A stretch of DNA of 64,000 nt from Octopus sinensis (lineage: Eukaryota), in the NCBI RefSeq assembly GCF_006345805.1, contig NW_021833729.1, positions 1 through 64,000 on the forward strand, written 5' to 3'. Below the pieces are notes generated by a model, which did no database searches, was not told the DNA's origin, and saw nothing but the letters and a program-made list of their open reading frames with translations. This document shows, in pieces, positions 63,373 to 64,000 of the stretch. The translations under genes and the position numbers were made by a program. Positions within the stretch are counted from its first letter, which is position 1. Every line of letters begins with the position of its first letter.

Positions 63373-64000
63373 ATCTTAATATATAAAACTGAGAATGTGT
63401 GTCTGTCTGTTTGTGTGTGTGTTTCCCTAAAACTTGAGAACTACATAACCAATTTCATTCAAATTTTACACATGACTTACTTAGGGTCTGGGGAGTGTCA
63501 TCGGCAAAAACTTTTAAAAACTTTTTGCCTAGGGCGAGCCCACAGCAATATCATATCTTCTCCACTATTTCAGTATTACGTGTTAAAAGTGAAACAAAAA
63601 TATTTCTCTATTTTATGTCAGATGCTTTCACTTTAACAGTAAAAATAATAATAACAATTGAATTATATGTAGTAAGTAATAATTAAGATCAAACTAAAGT
63701 ATAATATAATCGTTACATAACAAAAGTAAAAATAGCAATTGGTATAAAATTGCATCAATGATTTGAACTTGAATAAGCAGTTTCACATGAATGGGAATAA
63801 ATTAAAAATAAAATTAGCGTGCAGAAGTGGAATAGTCCAGATGGATAATAAAAAATTAAATTAAAGAAAAGACTATTGTCTATAAAGTATACAATGTAGA
63901 GAAAAATGATTTGAACACATGGAGAAAAGCACCTTCGAAAAGTGTCTTGGTGCGACTATGAAAAATATCTAATCAGAGGCGGTAAATACGCCACAATAGA
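63373..64000 (+). mobile_element. Helitron-like element 5' part (3' end not seen)
   Basis: a|TCTTAATATATAAAACTGAGAATGTG start; homologous to 13085-13410 in reverse. Confidence 0.5.

Overview
AT-rich, microsatellite-dense eukaryotic DNA. The SINE, LINE and Penelope repertoire suggests an octopus or other coleoid cephalopod; this is an inference. One host gene is supported: the 3' part of a mind bomb-type (MIB2-like) E3 ubiquitin ligase on the minus strand. Eight phase-compatible GT-AG exons lie between 60060 and 45227 and encode the end of a MIB repeat, ankyrin repeats and two RING fingers; a degenerate extra RING exon copy is also present. The rest is mostly mobile DNA: Penelope-like elements, R4/Dong-type, CR1-type, RTE and L1/Tx1-type LINE remnants, a Gypsy remnant with one LTR, a mariner remnant, Helitron-type elements, a piggyBac-type MITE, three or more tRNA-SINE families (some as tandem multimers), many fold-back palindromes, and large simple or higher-order repeat arrays. 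The top candidate novelty is a ~2 kb non-coding array at 10724-12720 with ~480-bp units. Each unit carries an intact type I hammerhead ribozyme, giving three direct copies plus one inverted copy, which is a retrozyme / Penelope pseudo-LTR-like architecture predicted to release ~480-nt RNA monomers. All calls were made by eye without database searches, and repeat boundaries are approximate.
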